A stretch of 64,000 nt of DNA from Phoronis australis (Eukaryota; Animalia; Phoronida). Location: NCBI GenBank assembly GCA_002633005.1, contig NMRA01000090.1, positions 727,674-791,673 on the forward strand, written 5' to 3'. Shown here piece by piece: positions 63,201 to 64,000 of this stretch (the stretch's first letter is position 1; each line of letters begins with the position of its first letter). The notes under the pieces were generated by a model. That model was not told the origin of the DNA. It saw nothing but the letters and a program-made list of their open reading frames with translations, and searched no databases. A program made the translations under genes and the position numbers.

Positions 63201-63441
63201 TGGATTTGCACTAGGTGACACTGACTTTGCCTCTGAGTGCTACCAAGCCTACGTTCGTGCCCAGGGTGTACTGGACAGTGTCCAGTGGAACAGTACTGGT
63301 GGCTACTACAATGCCTATACTCAGTTGAACAAGACTGCCAAGGTACAGCGTTACTACAGCAAGCGCTTACACAGATTCCTGGAGATTGATCTCACAACCT
63401 CACCACCTGGAGCGATCATGACAGACAGTTTCTATAGCCAG
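54181..63441 (+). CDS. Secreted GH116 beta-glucosidase/glucosylceramidase-family protein, 3'-partial; join(54181..54284,57014..57222,58190..58284,58804..59993,60228..60292,60584..60815,60957..61171,63215..63441); internal TGA at 59056-59058
   Basis: Eight GT-AG exons with matching phases. Motifs: [24 protein letters not shown] (GH116 N-terminus), [33 protein letters not shown] (candidate nucleophile), TYD (candidate acid/base), [17 protein letters not shown]. Confidence 0.88.
55440..56800 (-). mobile_element. Decayed CR1/L2-group LINE RT fragment in GH116 intron 1
   Basis: Minus-strand [29 protein letters not shown] and [10 protein letters not shown] motifs with many disablements. Confidence 0.75.
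57014..57222 (+). CDS. GH116-like exon 2
   Basis: ttttgcag|..LKFKNLG...[13 protein letters not shown]|gtttgt. Confidence 0.85.
58190..58284 (+). CDS. GH116-like exon 3
   Basis: ttttgacag|[32 protein letters not shown]|gtaggt. Confidence 0.92.
58804..59993 (+). CDS. GH116-like exon 4 (in-frame TGA; PAN/apple-like Cys module)
   Basis: ctttttcag|VFDDAFLAV...[30 protein letters not shown]...NSISHV|gtgagt. The two listed ORFs are in the same frame. Confidence 0.85.
60228..60292 (+). CDS. GH116-like exon 5
   Basis: gttttag|[21 protein letters not shown]|gtaagt. Confidence 0.9.
60584..60815 (+). CDS. GH116-like exon 6
   Basis: ttgttcag|[13 protein letters not shown]...[19 protein letters not shown]|gtgagt. 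Confidence 0.92.
60957..61171 (+). CDS. GH116-like exon 7
   Basis: tttacag|[21 protein letters not shown]...TTYDVL...[12 protein letters not shown]|gtatga. Confidence 0.92.
61209..62684 (+). mobile_element. Helentron-associated (HINE/DINE-like) non-autonomous element with internal tandem repeats
   Basis: 5' TTATGCTCCTACA..TGTGGGTGCAT short inverted repeat, recurring internal unit gtgccccctagtggcaattttg, 3' hairpin + TGTGGGTGCAT + T-run. The same 5' end recurs at 63929. Confidence 0.6.
63215..63441 (+). CDS. GH116-like exon 8
   Basis: tttgcactag|[13 protein letters not shown]...[11 protein letters not shown]...[11 protein letters not shown]|gtgagt. Confidence 0.9.
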
Positions 63442-63775
63442 GTGAGTGGTTGATGTTTCGACACTTCAGATGAGTGATTGATATTACAAGCAGTTTTAAT
63501 GTTCTGATGAGGTGGTGATATCGTCATGTAGATAAAGGTTGATATGAAGTCAGAGTTTCTGCTGCCTTGTGAGAGATTTGTTTCAAGAGAGACATTTTCT
63601 ATAGCCAGGTGAGTGGCTGATATGATGACAGACAGTTTGTTCATTGAGGAGAGTGGTTGTTATTATGAAGGGCAGTTTTTACAGCCTTTTAAGTTGTTGG
63701 TATAATAGTCAGACAGTTTCTACAGCTTGGTGAGTAGCTGATATCATAGCAAAGTGAGTGTTTGATATCATGGCA
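63418..63775 (+). repeat. Degenerate ~40-bp tandem repeat derived from the exon 8/intron 8 junction
   Basis: Unit ATGACAGACAGTTTCTATAGCCAGGTGAGTGGTTGAT recurs with decay; close copies at ~63585-63625 and ~63706-63746. Confidence 0.8.
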
Positions 63776-63928
63776 ACCCAATCAATAGCTGTTTACTGTA
63801 TAGTGCACTTAGTAGTGTTATGTAAGCAACTTCATTATGGTCATACACAATAGTTGCTTGCTCTTGCACTAAGTTTTATGGTGCAATAGTGAAAGTTTTA
63901 CTAATAATTCCTTTCAATGGCGATCATT

Positions 63929-64000
63929 TTTATGCGCCCACATATTTATATGTGGACGCATTATGCCGTCATCTCCGTCCGTCCGTCCGTCCGGCGTCCG
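63929..64000 (+). mobile_element. 5' end of a second HINE/DINE-like element
   Basis: TTTATGCGCCCACATATTTATATGTGGACGCAT followed by a (CCGT)n microsatellite. Confidence 0.65.

Overview
AT-rich, repeat-dense genomic DNA from an invertebrate animal (spliceosomal introns; one 412-N assembly gap at 13718-14129). I could build three host gene models by hand. (1) A minus-strand, 4-exon ankyrin-repeat gene of the ANKRD33/ANKRD33B type (47238->33295, 299 aa, all splice phases consistent). (2) A plus-strand GH116 beta-glucosidase/glucosylceramidase-family gene, at least 8 exons from 54181 and running off the window. It has a signal peptide, a PAN/apple-like insert and intact catalytic motifs, but one in-frame TGA at 59056-59058. 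(3) A small, probably unannotated secreted-peptide precursor gene: TATA/non-coding exon ~14750-14809, main exon 21483-21670, candidate last exons at 25309 and 27084. It encodes signal peptide + RHKR + a Cys-x4-Cys peptide with a calcitonin/CGRP-like layout and a possible amidation Gly. The rest is decayed mobile DNA: two Tx1/L1-clade LINEs, several CR1/L2 fragments, a Penelope-like element with inverted terminal repeats and a nested Kolobok-type element, ISL2EU/Harbinger-like THAP elements, a pogo-like transposase remnant, a tRNA-derived SINE, MITEs, Helentron-type repeats, mini/microsatellites and several hammerhead-ribozyme-like motifs. All family assignments come from motif recognition by eye; no database search was run.
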